Shown piece by piece: positions 36,781-50,070 of a DNA stretch of 64,000 bases. A program made the position numbers and the translations under genes. The DNA comes from Lama glama (Eukaryota): assembly GCA_028534125.1 (NCBI GenBank), contig CM052817.1:18478001-18542000 (forward strand), written 5' to 3'. The notes below the pieces were generated by a model. That model was not told the origin of the DNA and did no database searches. It saw only the letters and a list, made by a program, of their open reading frames with translations. Each line of letters opens with the position of its first letter. The first letter of the stretch is position 1.

Positions 36781-37494
36781 CACGCACACGTGCAGGTACG
36801 TGCACATACATGTCTAATCAGGTTTGTTTTAAATGCTTCTATTGAATTTCCTTATAGATAATGTTATACAAAGTATCTCCTATAATTTCTTTTCAGTTAT
36901 GTGAATGCTAATTTCTTGTTTCCATGAGATGTTTCTGGAAGCATTTTGAGGAGGAGAGAGAGAAAGAGACAGAGACAATCTAGTGAGAGAGCAGTCTGCC
37001 AGCCTTTATTAAGACTTCAAAACATATGGATGTACACTTCCTTAAAACTCCAGAGTTCCCTGGGCCTGACATTTTACAAATCCTTCGCTACTTGTTAACA
37101 TTCTTCATATCCATTTTCATGATCTATCAGCTGGAGAAAAAGATGGTTTACCTGCTTTAATTACCTTTAAGACTTTAGTTAAGGGCACATAATTTCAGGC
37201 AATGGGCTTTGTCATTGAGTTTACATTTTAAGGAGTTTCTCCCAATCTGTCCATTCACGCAGGTTTTACATAATGCATTTGGCATTACAGGACTACAGCT
37301 GAGAAAAGCACATTTACGAGCCATGGTAAAGGGAAAGATGCAGAATGTTTCAATCTCCAGTCCTTAGTTTCACTAATGCCTTAAATATTTTTAGCCTCTC
37401 TCTTTCAGGAATTGCATGCTGATAGCCAAATTGATTGGTTTTTCTTTCACCTTTGAAAATTTTCTCCTGCCTCCTCTTTTGGGGCTGGTAATAA

Positions 37495-37870
37495 TCACAG
37501 AACCATAGAATTTCAATCTTAGAAGGTATTTTAAATGTCATAAAAATTCAATAGTTCATCCCACGCTTGAATCTTTTACATTATCTTCCCACCAAAAGGC
37601 TAGCTAGGCTCCTCTTGAATTCCTTTAGCCGTGGGAAACTCATTACCTCTCAAGAGAGTCCATTCCATTTCTATACAGCCCTAGCTGTGAAAAGATTATT
37701 TGTTATGCTGAGACAAAATCTCCCTATTGAATTTTGCTCTGTTCTCAATGGATAGACAGCAATATATAATCCTTCCCCCCACCCTCCGTCTATTTGAAGA
37801 CAATTATCTTGTCTCCTGTATGATGTTCCTCGAAACCAAATATTCCTGATAACTTTATGATGTGATTTTT
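37495..37870 (-). mobile_element. L3/CR1 LINE fragment
   Basis: catagaattt...ctcttgaattcc...gggaaactcattacctc...ccattccatt...tatttgaagacaattatc. Confidence 0.75.
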
Positions 37871-37929
37871 GAGTCCAGACATCCCGGATCCCTCAGCTCT
37901 GAACATGCCAGAGTTCACTGATAAGAATA

Positions 37930-38200
37930 ATAATGAAAATGAAACTTCCCATATAAAGTTGTTTAATTGGCACCAGGTAGCTTGCAAACATGACCTTTAA
38001 CGTCCACAGTGATATGAGCTAGGTATTGCCATCCTCATGCTACAGATTCAGATGTAAATCTATGTCTCTCTATATCTGTAGTTAAGAAAGCCAAGGTAAG
38101 AAGAAGTGGAATAGCTTTCCCAAACCCGCATGTCTAGTCCTAGTAGTTGGTAGAGTCAGAATTTGAACTAACGTCTTTACTGATTTCAGAGTGCCTGTTC
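37930..38200 (-). mobile_element. MIR SINE
   Basis: aggtattgccatcctcatgctacagat...aagaaagccaagg...gtagagtcagaatttgaact. Confidence 0.65.
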
Positions 38201-39159
38201 TTAATTATAATACTTTTGTGAGTTGTTATAATAATCTCCTCACCCACCCCCAAGAAGTAAGCTGAATGCTCTGGGTTTGGTTAAACCAATTCAGAATAGA
38301 GAAATGTCACTTACCCTGTCCTAAGTGATGCCAAACCAAAGGACTGATAAGGCTGAGTTCAGCAGGAGAAAGGAGGGAAACAGAGGAACTAGATGATTAA
38401 CAGGATGGCTTATGAGCCTCCAAATAATTGAAAATGGTATGTCTGACAGCAGGAGGCAAACCCTACATATGTAATGGCCTCCTTTGGAGGGAAGATGTGG
38501 CTATAAAGAAATAATCATTGAAACTAGGCATATTCTGGGTGAACATGTGTCTCTCTTTGGAAGGAAATAATTTTCCAAGGGAGACAGAGATCTGAAAGTG
38601 GAAAAGAAACCCTTACATTCATGAATGCCTTTGGCAAACAAAGTTGATTAGAGATGAAAGGAAAAAAAAAAAAGGAATTCCTAGTGTCTTTTGCCTATAT
38701 CTGAATAGACTCAAGTGGACCACTAAATTAGTGGATATTACTGCTCAACGTAATTGAAGAGATTGTTTAGTTAGAACCTGTCACTTTACATATGGGGAAA
38801 CGGAGGTCCAGAGATGAGAAGCATCTTGCCCAGGGCTGTATATCAGGCAGAAATGGAGAAGAGTGATCGAGGTCTCCTGATTGCAGGACTATACTTCCTT
38901 ACACTTACTATTTCTTTGGTGAAGCAAATAATAACTCTTCTGTTGAAGTGCATGGACACAATGAACAATTGCAAGACAGAAGCTTACATTGCAAGTTGCT
39001 CTGTAACATGATGGATGTAGAACTCAGAGCTCGATGCATCTTTCTTGGGGATATTTGCTGAAAGTACCAGAGGGTGGAGGGGATTTGTGGCAACATTATT
39101 CCAACTGGCATCATGGTTTCCTGTATCTTATGAGACTGTTTAGGTTGAATCTGGTTTCA

Positions 39160-39341
39160 TTTAGTGTTGGAAACTTGGAATCAGAATCATGGGGGCGCGG
39201 GAAGTAATCATTAAAAATGCAGATTTCTAGGCTTACCAGCAGATGAGTCACATCAGAATTTGTGGGAAGCAGAGTCTGGAAATGAATATTTGACAAACGT
39301 CCTAGAGGAAGCTCATGCACACTTAGATTGGAGAAATGCTG
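39160..39341. mobile_element. MER5A-like hAT MITE
   Basis: atcagaatca...ttaaaaatgcagattt...atcagaat...catgcacact...tggagaaatgctg. Confidence 0.75.
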
Positions 39342-39355
39342 TGTTAGTTCATCAG

Positions 39356-39823
39356 TGTATTAGTTTCCTTTTGCTGCTGTAATTAATGACTACAGACTTA
39401 GTGACTTAATACGTATTTATTATCTTACAGCTGGGAGGGTCAGAAGTCTGGAGTGGACGTCAGAAATCCAAAATGAGTTCTTTGGACTAAAATCAAGGTT
39501 TCAGCAGGGCTCCCTTCCTTCCGGAGGCTCTAGGGGAAATCTGTTTTCCTTGCCTTTTCCAGCTACTAGAAGCTGCCCACATTCCTTGACTCATGCCCCC
39601 TTCTACCCCTTAGCTCTCTGCTTCTGCTGTCACATCGCCTTCTCTGACTCTGACTTCCCTTTTTCTTTTATAAGGACCTTTGTGATTACACTACCCAAGA
39701 TAATCTTGTCTTCAGATCCTTAATCACATCAGCAAAGTCCCTTTCGCCATGTAAGGTAACATATTCACAGGATCTGGGGATTAGGAGGCAGACATCTTTG
39801 GGGAGGTATTAAGTGCCTACCAC
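39356..39823 (-). mobile_element. MLT1C/D-type solo LTR
   Basis: tgtattagtttcct...aaaatcaaggt...ggaggctctagggga...ccttgccttttccagct...gcaaagtccctt...ccatgtaaggtaacatattcacagg...cctaccaca. Confidence 0.9.
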
Positions 39824-40673
39824 AAATGGCTTTAAAACATTTCAAAAACATAGAAAGGGGCTGAGAGGGGAACATTAGGTACCATGCCTCTCCAGGAATC
39901 CCCTGACATGTCTCCAGGAAACCTGAGGACTGAAGAGCACAGTTTGAGAAAAGCAGTGCTAGCCTATGTCCGCGTGGAGAAATCTGACCACCAGGTTTTG
40001 CTTACTGTATCTTGCGTGACTTTCCAGCAGTTGACTTTGCAGCTATCATTCAGCCTTTCCGTTCTTAATTTTCTAACCAACTCCTTCAGACTTACTGCAG
40101 AAAACAAAACTTGACCTTGTTTCATTAGAGATAAAATCACTGCTTTAACTGATTATAAGAGAAAATGTCTCTCCAGGAGGGTAAGAGGCTTCCAGTCAAC
40201 TCTGCATTCTTTGTTATCATTTTCTAATCATTTTTTTAAAATAGAAAATAAACAGGTAATGAGTGGAATTCTTAAAGATAGCCTTTTCTTCTTACATCTG
40301 CACAGCTTTGTCTCTTGTCATTATGTGCCCCTCCCCCACCCCAACACACACACCTTTATTGAGGTCTAACCTTGGCGTTGATTGTGAAAGTTTAATTCCT
40401 TTTGGAACATTTTTCCTTTGAGATACTATTTGGGCTCTGATAAAACTTTGTGGATGTTTCTGACTTAATCTAAGAAAAAAAGGCACTGAGTTATATATTT
40501 TAACTTATATATAATAGCAGTAAAAGTTACCTAATGGAGAATTAACCAAAGGAGAGAATAAATGTTTTTTTCTTAAAAGATATCTTTCTATGTCACTAGA
40601 TCAGGAGACCCTTGGCCATCTGCTGTATGACAATATTTAAAGAGAATTAGATTTGATAATTGTCCTTAATGTT

Positions 40674-41020
40674 TGTATTAGCCAGTTTCAGCTGCCATAA
40701 CAAAACACATAAACTGCGTGGTTTAAACAACAGAAATTCATTTCACATAATTCTGGAGGGTGGGAAGTCCAAGATTAAAGTGCCAGCAAGGTATGTTTTA
40801 TTCTGAGGCATTGTCTCTTGGTTTGTAGGTGACTGCCTTCTCCTTGTGTCCTCACATGGTAGAGAGAACGCACTTGAGTCCTTTTCTCTTCTTGTAAGGG
40901 CACCAGCCTTATTGGGTTAAAGCCCCACCCTTATGACCTCATTTAACCCTAATCGCTTCTCTTAAGGACTTATTTCCAATACAGTCATGTGGAGGGTTAA
41001 GGCTTTAATATACAATTTTG
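40674..41020 (-). mobile_element. MLT1A/B-type solo LTR
   Basis: tgtattag...gctgccataacaaa...aaacaacagaaatt...gaagtccaagat...tgtgtcctcacatgg...ccacccttatgacctcatttaacc. Confidence 0.9.
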
Positions 41021-41795
41021 TTGTTGTTGTTGTTGTTTTTTGGTGAAAAACTTTAATATGGTTGTTGCAGACCCAGAGTTTTGAAATGGAGGTGCTGTTG
41101 GTGGGAGAGCCACATCTTCATGAATCAATTCCCAGGTACAGGCCGTGCCCCACTAGGCAAAGAGAGAACCATGAGTGCCCCCAGAGGTGGAAACCACTGG
41201 GGGAACTGGCCTCGTGGGCTCAAATGACATGGGGAGGAGAAAGAGCCTAATGTAAACTGTAAAGCGTTGGAGAGGCGGAGTCATGGTTGATATTCCAAAG
41301 CCAGCTCTTTGGTCCTTTGCAGCTGCTAGGCTGAATATGGGGCTTGAATTTCGCCTTCCTGATGACATACAGATTTGTGGACAGTGTAGCTCAGTCCGTA
41401 GTCTGCCCCCAGGGCATCACAAGTGTTTCCCGATTCCTGCAAGATCTTGGCCATTTCATTCCAAAAGATGGCTTACATAATGATGAGAAGCAGAAACATG
41501 AACAGGTTTTTGAAACTCACATCTTGTTCTTTGTTTCAGGAGATTAGTCATCCTTGCTTTTTTGCAACATTTCTTGAACACAACAGAGAAATCCTGCCTT
41601 CAAGACCCCCCGAGTCAAGAAAAGCTCTAACTCAGTGCAATCACTGTCCATCATCCAGTTACCTCCCCTTTCAGGAAGAAGTAATCATATCCACCAGGCC
41701 TGACTGTAGATAATTTTCTCTCCTCTTCTCTCTAAGAGGGGTGGGGGCTGGGTTTCTTTGTTGCTCAGAACTTTGAAATTAAAAAGAGAGCTTTT

Positions 41796-41944
41796 GGGAG
41801 GAGGGTATAGCTCAGTGGTAGAGCACATGCTTAGCATGCATGAAGTCCTGGGTTCAATCCCCACTACCTCCATTAAATAATAAGTACATAAATAAGTAAG
41901 TATATAAATAAATCTAATTACCTCCTCCCCCAATTTTTTTTTTT
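41796..41944 (+). mobile_element. Camelid tRNA-derived SINE (vic-1-like) with TSD
   Basis: gagggtatagctcagtggtagagc...gggttcaatcccc, A-rich tail with AATAAA, then a T run. TSD aaaagagagcttt (41782-41794) / aaaagagaacttt (41945-41957). Confidence 0.92.
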
Positions 41945-42039
41945 AAAAGAGAACTTTCAAGAGAGGTCTCAGAAACCAGTGAGGATGATATTGATCATTA
42001 TCAATATTAACTTTAAGGGAAAGATTCCTTGATATTTTC

Positions 42040-42443
42040 TCCAGGAATTTTTCCCCTGAAAGTGGGGTAGGTGAGCAGGATCAGGCCCAGAAGATTCTCA
42101 GCCATGGTGCCGGCATGACTCTTGTGAAAGGAAAGAGGGAAGAATGGACAATTAGGAACAAGCAATCTTAGACTGCCCGGCAGCTGAGAGTCCTGGCCAG
42201 GCTGACGAGAGTCTCAGAGATGAGACTGCCCCTCAGAGAAGTTGCGTTGGGCAGGAATTGTCCAGTTATAGTCCCCTGCTGTGCTCAGCTACTGCGAGAG
42301 AGCAGCCCCCAGGAGAGCATGGCCAGAAGTGAATGCGGAGGCAGGTGGGCAGGCGTGGCAGCTGGAGAACGTCATCTGTCCATGCCTCTCATAGCAGGTT
42401 CACCTGAAGGGACTTGTGAGAGGTGGACCTTCATGGACACCAT
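42040..42443 (-). mobile_element. LTR16C-like ERVL solo LTR
   Basis: gttgggcaggaat...gctgtgctcag...gagcagcccc...gagagcatggcc...gcagctggag...gcaggttc...tgaaggga matches the reverse complement of recalled LTR16C. Confidence 0.75.
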
Positions 42444-42576
42444 ACCTTTCATTTTCTACATTATAAAAATAACCAACTGATTAATTGAAGCAAGACAAAA
42501 GGAAAGGCATCTACCTGGATCTTGGACCAGAAATCCCTGAAACAATTATATCTACATCTGTATCTAGATTTATATC

Positions 42577-42620
<44 letters not shown>
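42577..42620. repeat. (TCTA)n microsatellite
   Basis: About 11 perfect units. Confidence 0.98.
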
Positions 42621-43039
42621 GTCTTTCCTACGTTTAAGTAGTTATTTAGTGCAAGAAGGAGACCAAATGCTGTGCTTGAAATAGAAGAAAGTGGCTTTTT
42701 ATCAGTCTAAAAACCTGATTCCCAGCCTGAATTTCGCCAGTCTCCAAGGAAACTCTTATCATTACAAAGAAGTAATAGAATTTACCTGACAGTCATCAAA
42801 TTAAACTATTTGTAAATCACTTGCTTTGAAGAAAAAAAGCAATTTGGTGGTGGGGAGGGGGTAAAATTCCCATTCAAACTTTTCTGTTTTAAATCTTCCT
42901 TCTCTTTTTCCATTTGCATAGGCCAACAAAATTGTCTGTATCACTACTGAAAATATAAAACAAAAAAGTGATGAAAACAAATCTCTTGGTGACCTCATCC
43001 TCTCACTCCAAGCAAACAAACAAATTAGCAACTCTGTTT

Positions 43040-43180
43040 CTATCTCTGCACATTTAGTGCTTAGGAATAGATCAGCAGCATATAAAATGATATATAAATG
43101 CTTGTAGATATAAATGAATGAATGAATATATAAATAAAATAATGAATGAGTAAATGAATGGATAAATGAATAAAAGAATA
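43040..43180 (+). mobile_element. L2 3' tail
   Basis: ttagtgcttagg...aaatgcttg...aatgaatgaatgaat repeats. Confidence 0.6.
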
Positions 43181-44316
43181 ATTGTGTGATGGTATGCTTT
43201 TAGTATGGGTGGAAAGAAGTGAATTGGGGAGGGAAATAATTAGTTTATAATTTCAAAAAAAGTCACAGCTCCAAAATTGAGGAAATCATGGATTGATTTC
43301 CCAGGGTCAGGGGTATATGATTGATTTCATAACCTGACATCAATTAGGCAGTATTAATCAGCTTAATACTTTGAGAAAGAGACAAAATAAGCATTCTGCA
43401 AAGGTGGCCAAGAAAATAAGCCTGTCTATCTTCGTCGGATCCTATAAGAAATGTGCACATCTTTCTGTATATTGTGAAAAGAACCCTCCTTTGAGTCAGA
43501 AGACAAGACTGGAGTCTGGCTCTGCCACTAACCAGGCTTATCCCCTGAACAACTCACCTCGCTTCCTTAGACTCAAGTTTTATCTTTCTCTTGGTGAAAT
43601 TAAACAGTCTCTAAATCCCCCAGCAGGCTAGAAACTCCATTTAAGTAAACTGACGAGCTTAGGCTCTTGTTGGGGTGGGCTGTGGGAGAGCCCTGGAGAT
43701 TATAGCTGGGGCACGCTATAAAGAAAGAAGCCAGCTAAGGGTAATGTGGACAAAGACAATTGAAGATCTACTTAGGGAAATACTGCAAAAAGCTGTCTGA
43801 AGAATCTCAAAGTGATTTTCAAACAACGCCCAAGTATTCCCAAGGATGCTTGGGGCAAGACAGTGCTCTGCTCTTTCAGAAAAGAAAAGATGTACTGTGT
43901 TCTGTGAACTTGAATATAGTCAAGGACATATGTTGTAACTATGTGCCAAACCAGCCTTGTTGGGACAAGGTACTTTCTGGGAACAATTCTTTTCTGGAAC
44001 AAAGCTCTGTGAGGTATGCAGGAACATGTAGTATTTTGAATATTATCTCTGTGCTAATGTAAACGTTTTTTGTGCAAGTTTTAAGAGAATTAAGTTCAGA
44101 TATTATGAATATTATGCATGATAATGGGAGTCTTTGAAAATCATGTGGTAAATTGTGTTTTGGATATTATGATGACTTCACCAATTTACTACGAACCTCA
44201 TCGATTCATCAATGGGGTCAGGAGAGAAATCTTCCTGACCCACTGTGTTCCTACCATTGATGAGAAAGACGGGTCCCACAAGTATATTTGTGTAGGTTTA
44301 AAGTAGCTGCACTCAA

Positions 44317-44502
44317 TTTTTTAAAAATAATATTGCCGTCACTTGTTTGTTTGGCTTTTGTTGGGGGGAAGTAATTAGGTTTACTTATTTATTTATTATT
44401 TTTTCTTTTTAAAACATTTTTTAACAGAGGTACTGGGGATTGAACCCTGGACCTCGTGCATGCTAAGCACACACTCTACCACTAAACTGTACCCTCCCCA
44501 CC
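44317..44502 (-). mobile_element. Camelid tRNA-derived SINE (vic-1-like) with extended 3' end
   Basis: Minus strand ggggagggtacagtttagtggtagag...gggttcaatcccc. Imperfect direct repeat ttaaagtagctgcact / ttaaagcagctgcact starting at 44298 and 44503. Confidence 0.9.
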
Positions 44503-45133
44503 TTAAAGCAGCTGCACTTAAATAAAAGGTATCTGGTCATTCAGAAGTTTGAATGCATACAGGAGAAGTGGGGTGACCAACTAGAACTTTTTAACTGTTA
44601 GCCACACTTAATGCCACGGGATCCCAGGGAATAAACCAAAGCACTACCCTTTTTAGCTTACAAATAGTATTTTAAGTGATTTTAAAATATTCTGTTTAAC
44701 CTACTAGGGCACATGTTCATTAAGCATGGAGTCAGAAGAAAGACAGAAACCACATTTCTTGCCTTTCCTTGTTCTGTGGCTGTTTCCTCTCTTGATTTGG
44801 CTTAGGGTCAAATCACCTCTGGCAAATTACTGAGTCATTTATAGCATGCCAGTCCACTGTTCCCACCTTCTGGTTTACTCCTTTAAAGATTCTGATCACA
44901 AATTTGAAGACTGGCTTTGGCAAGGGCTACCAGTCCAATATTATTTGATCTCTTGCAGTTGTCAGTTTGAATGATTCCTTCTTGGTGTTCTTTTCTCCTT
45001 TGGTTCTGGGACTTCTTCGGATTCCTCTTTATTCTCTGATGCTTTCTTTTCAATCTCTTTGGAAGATTCTTCTTCTTTTGCCTCCCTCGTCTCACCTGGG
45101 AATTATCTAGACTCCTCTTTTTGTCTTCAAATC

Positions 45134-45763
45134 TGTAATAGTTTTCTACTGTTGCCATTACAAGTTACCACAAATTTAGTGGCTTCAACAACATAAATTT
45201 ATTATTTTATAATTCTTTAGGTTAAAAGTTTGACATAGGTCACACCAGGTCTCACCAAACTGACAAGGTGACAAGATGTCAGCAAGACTGTGTTTCTTTT
45301 GGAAGCTTCTAGAAGACGATCTGTTTCCTTGTCATTCATTCTTAAACAGAATTTAGCTCCTTGTGGTTGTAGGACTGAGATCTCTGCTTCCTTGCTGGCT
45401 ATTAGCTGAGGCCCATTCCCAGCTTCTAGAGGCCACCTGTGTTCCATGGTTCATGACTTCCCCCCACCTTCCTCCATCATTAAAGTCAGAAATGGAGGGT
45501 TTTATACCTGTCATACTTGGAATCTTTCCTCTTTCCATTTCATCTCTCTCTGACTATAGCTGGGAAGCTAGGAAAGTTTCTATACTTTTAGGAATTTAGG
45601 GGACTAGATTGGGACCACTTGGTTGATTCCATATACGTTCCCCATTTTAACGTTCATGACCTTATTAACATTGGCAAAGTCCCTTTTGCCATGTAAAGTG
45701 TGTTCACAGGTTACAGAGATTAAGGCATAGACATTTTGGGGGAGCCATTATTCTTCCTACCAC
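45134..45763 (-). mobile_element. MLT1D/E-type solo LTR inserted in L2
   Basis: tgtaatagttttct...ttaccacaaatttagtggctt...gttgtaggactgag...ccagcttctagaggccacct...gcaaagtcccttttgccatgtaa...cctaccaca. Confidence 0.88.
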
Positions 45764-46450
45764 AACATCCAAAATCTAATTTATTATCCCATCCTGTAGT
45801 CTGCCTCCTACCTGCTTTCATATCAATCCTCTACTGTGTATACCAAAGTCCGTTTTTTCTAATCAACAACTTCAGGCATCATTTAGATGTCTATGATTTG
45901 TCACAGCTTCCCAATTCCCCTCAAAGCTGATGAAGTCCTTTCTTTTCTAGAAAACTTGCATTGGCTTCTACTGCCCCCAGAATAAAATTCAAAATCTTTA
46001 TCAATGCCTAAAGATTCTCATCTTTCTTTTCCCCCTGTTCTTTTCTGAGGTCCTCCCCGACTCCATCCCTTTCTTCTCCCACATCCTTCGTCTAGGTTGA
46101 GCCAAGTCTTAGTGCCTTGGTTTACATTTTTCTTTCTACCTGGAACATATCCCACCTTCAGCTGCTCAGCGAGTGTCTTCCAAGTCAAAACACTCCATGC
46201 ACTGACTTCTCCCTTGTCTTTGACTACCATCTCCATGCTACTGGTCTCCCACAGAACAGAGATTTCTGCTATAACATCTTTCTCACTCTATTGTCTTTAC
46301 TTTTTTTTTTTTTTTGGTCTATAAAGTCATGGAGCATAAGGACTTGGAATTATTCATTTTTGTATTCCATTGTCTAGAAGAAAGCCTGGAAAATATTTGG
46401 TGCTCAATATATAATTTTAAATAAATGAAAAAATGAGTGAATGGATAAGT
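45764..46450 (+). mobile_element. L2 3' region (also ~44960-45133 upstream of the LTR)
   Basis: cattggcttc...agaataaaattcaaaatcttt...cctggaa...gcctgg...gtgctcaata...aaatgagtgaatgga. Confidence 0.7.
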
Positions 46451-49206
46451 AGTTTGTCTCTTGAGGAAGTACATATATTTCATAAAAATTAATTAAAAAG
46501 TACTTGTTTATGGTTTCCTCCTTATTAAACACTTGAACTTATTAAGTGTGTGACCTGTGTATGACAACTGGGTCATCATTTTTGTGAACTGTAGTTAAAG
46601 CAACACATTAACTGTATTTTCTTCCAAATGTCTAACACTGAGTTCTGTACATGGAAAGTGCTTGCTACATCACTATTAAATTGAATTTCTGGCTCTTGCA
46701 GGAAACATGAGTTGAAGGGTCTGGAACTGTGGAACTCTGCATTTCCTGCACCCACATAATCCTGAGGATGTAGTTGACTGGGTTTAGGGGCCAGGTACTT
46801 AGAACATGCAAAGTCTGGATTTTCATGGATTTGATTTTTGAATTCTAGTCCTGCCTTAGACACTTGGTTAGGCACATGACTTTAGAGATTATATATATAT
46901 CATTGTTCTGAAAATGTTTCGCTGTCAAATAAGGGTTTTAATTATGTGATATTTAAAACCCTCACACATTTTTTTTCCACATTAATAAGAATTTCTTGAT
47001 TGTTTCTGTGTGACTGGCACTGAGCTGAGAGTCTTGCAAAGAAGTATTCCATCACGGTCCTTGCCCTCGGGATGTAACCCAGCTAGGGGGCCGGGGGTTT
47101 GGTAGAAAGAGATGGTTTGATAACAATGATAAGTTTGATGCACAGCCTGAAGCATGAAAAGGATGTTTATACTCATTCTTGGCTTTTGTTTTCCTTGCAC
47201 TTTACTTCCTGAGAAAGCAAAATACTTGGCTTTTAGCTCTTCCTTCATCAACAGGTGTGCAGTCTTGAGACAAAGGGTGGAGATGCATGTATACAGCAAG
47301 AGGTGAGAGATGCCATCTGAGGCCATGGAGTGGGTGTGTAGCTCATGAGCCTGGCCGCCAACCGAGATTCTAGTAGGGCTGGCGGTGAATCAGTGCTCTG
47401 GATATAGCCCTAGGAGAGCAATGACCAGGCAGGCCCCCTCTTGTCTCTCTACGTTTGAAAAGGCTGTGGCTAAAATACATTTCAGAAACTAAAAACTGAA
47501 ACAAAATGAAACAAAAACAAGCTTTCTTACCAGCAGCGAGGGAAAAATAACAGAATATTCACTACAGGTTAGAATGCAAGGACGAACATGGAAACTCTGT
47601 TCTTACGAATTACTTAGACAAATTGAGATCTTTGTCATCTCCATTTTCATAATATCGGTTCTGTTGTTTATCATGCTTGATGGAGTGAATGGCCTGAACT
47701 GGCTTGGTTTACAAGGAACACTGCTGACATAAATGGTTGTGGCTGAAACAGTGTTTGACAGATATTCATAACAAATTCTACGCCTGAAGTCAAGCTCTCA
47801 AATTAAAAGAGCACCTTTTCTGGAAGGATGATGCCCAGCTGATCTTAAAAGGATCGTTCCTTTGGGAGAAGAAGTGAGGTAGAACAGAGTAAAATACAGA
47901 AGGTAGAGCAGAGAAAATAGCTTGAAAGAGGATGCAAACAGAAAGAAGGAAATCATTGTTATTAGGAGAAAAATAGCATTTTTCTCATAATATTTGATAC
48001 AGCAAAGGAAACTTGGTGAATGACGCTCTTCTCTTGGTGACGTCAGAATGGAAACAGGGAAAGACAAAGACTCAAAACTATGGTAATATTGCTTCTCTGA
48101 GGGAAGAAAAGCCAATACTTTGACCTGGGGTTGTGCTTTTTCTGTTTTAAATGAGCTGTGCCAGCCTTCTCTTATTGGAACAGGTAATGGAGATGTCACT
48201 GGATCCATGAGACCTATGATATCAAGCTTCAGCAACTCTACAGTGGTGTCCTAGACCGAGGCAAGAATAAAACACTCCATAAACACAGTGGTTAGACTTC
48301 AGCATATGTTTGGAGTGGGTGCCTCGTCTTCTCCAACTTTATTTTTTCTGACATAGAAAACTTTTAACTTCTGTAGATGCATAAAGTCCTCATTTACTTA
48401 AGAGTTTGGGTGTATTGGAAAGTATTATGAGGGAGTCACTATTCTCAAAGTCAAAGCAATCATTTTGTTTGAGAGAGAAGAATAGTTTCTCCCATTCAAT
48501 GGCTCCTTCACGGCATCCTCTGTGCTCTGCTGAGCAGGCATTGAATACCATCTGCCAATTGAAAAAGGTGTAACTTTCCCTAACCCAAGGTGCTAAGGGT
48601 ACTTATGCTTCCAACACCAGTTAAAAGCTTGGAGAAAAGCAGAGAACGATGATTATTGCATCTCTCTCTGCTTGGGCTGGAGATAATGAACCACCCCTGC
48701 TGCCCTTGTACATGCATAATGCCTACTGATGTCAACCAGAGCCTCATGGTGTGCAGGAGCCGTTAGATCATATGTATCATCCTGAAAATAATAAGGACAA
48801 AGGGACACCTTTTTTTTTTTTTTTTAGCTTGGCAAAGAGAGCCTCTATGGTTCCAAGTCTCTCTAGATAGTCCCAATTAAGAAGAAATAATTTTCCTAGA
48901 GTGTCTGCCTGTGTTTCAAGGTGAGCTTTTATGAGGAAAGGACAGAGCAGTTCCCGAGACTGTTTCAGGTTTCCAAAGCCATTTCTCCTGGGAGACATGA
49001 TTAGGAAGTGTTAGCAGTCCTCTCAGAGATTGATCAAAAACATGTAACTTCTATGTATTGCAAGGGGAATGAGGAAAGTTAAAAGAAGAAAGCAAAAAAA
49101 GTGAAAATTCTTTCTCACCTGTGGGAGGCGAACTGCTTCTTTTGGAAATTACTTAACTCCTTTGGGCGTTTTGTTTCCTCTTGTAATGAGGGCTTGAGTG
49201 CAGATC

Positions 49207-49384
49207 AGTGTTTCCCAAACTTAGCTCATCATGGATGCAACTTGGGGAACTTGTTAAAAAAGAAAAATAGTAGATTTATAGTTTCCTCTCTTGGGAATTC
49301 TGATTCAGGGGATTCTGGGTAAGTCCTGGCACCCACATTTTAAGCAAGTTACTTTGATAATTATGTAAGCTGGGAAAACATTGG
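49207..49384. mobile_element. MER5-like hAT MITE
   Basis: cagtgtttcccaaactt...ggggaacttgttaaaa...attctgattcag...tgggaaaacattg (terminal inverted repeats). Confidence 0.7.
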
Positions 49385-49719
49385 TAGATGTTCTCTGGTG
49401 TTCTGAACACGAGAATTCTTTCTTGTTTTATTGTTCTTTCTGTATGAGATTAGGGACTGGCCTTGTGTAAATAATGACGAGTTGCATTTGGAGAGACCAT
49501 ATCTGGCAACCACGTCTAGTTACTGGCCACAGTGGGCACTCAGAGGACAGATTTCATAGGTTGGGAAGAAGTCTACTCTGGCAGACAGGACATAATATTA
49601 AATGTTATAGCCACAGGGAGCAGACACTGATGCTAGCAAGGTAATGGAGCTGTCCAAAGAGTTAGGTAGAGAGGAGATGCTGGTCTCTCAAATTCAGGTC
49701 TATCAGAAGGTCTTTGACT

Positions 49720-50070
49720 TCATTGTTCCTTGTACAACACAAACCACTGTCCCCATGTCATTGCTTCAAACAAAAGCCTACAGTTATCCTTGATTCTTCT
49801 CATGCTCTTGCCTCTGAGCATGATTAAGCCTTCACAAGTGGGCTATATGTATCCTCTTTCCAACATACATCCTGAATCTGACTTCTCACCATCATCAAAG
49901 CTACAATCTTAGTCTAAGGCCCCACCGTCTCGGGTGTGAACTACTGCAGTAGCTTCCTAATTGGTCTCCGTGTCTCAAATCTTGCTTCCTTGCCATCCTA
50001 TAGAAGGAACTAGTATAATCTTTTAAAAACATAAATCATGTTATATCACCCCCCTACTTAAACTTCAATC
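49720..50070 (+). mobile_element. L2 fragment
   Basis: ttatccttgattctt...cttctcaccat...actactgcagtagcttcctaattggtctcc...atcttttaaaaacataaatc. Confidence 0.8.

Noticed and set aside
41540..41680. Acceptor plus open frame EISHPCFFATFLEHNRE...
   Set aside because: Weak donor and no recognisable protein similarity.
41796..41875. tRNA-like sequence (also at ~14625-14698 and ~44430-44500)
   Set aside because: A and B boxes belong to SINE heads with A-rich tails and target-site duplications; they are not tRNA genes.
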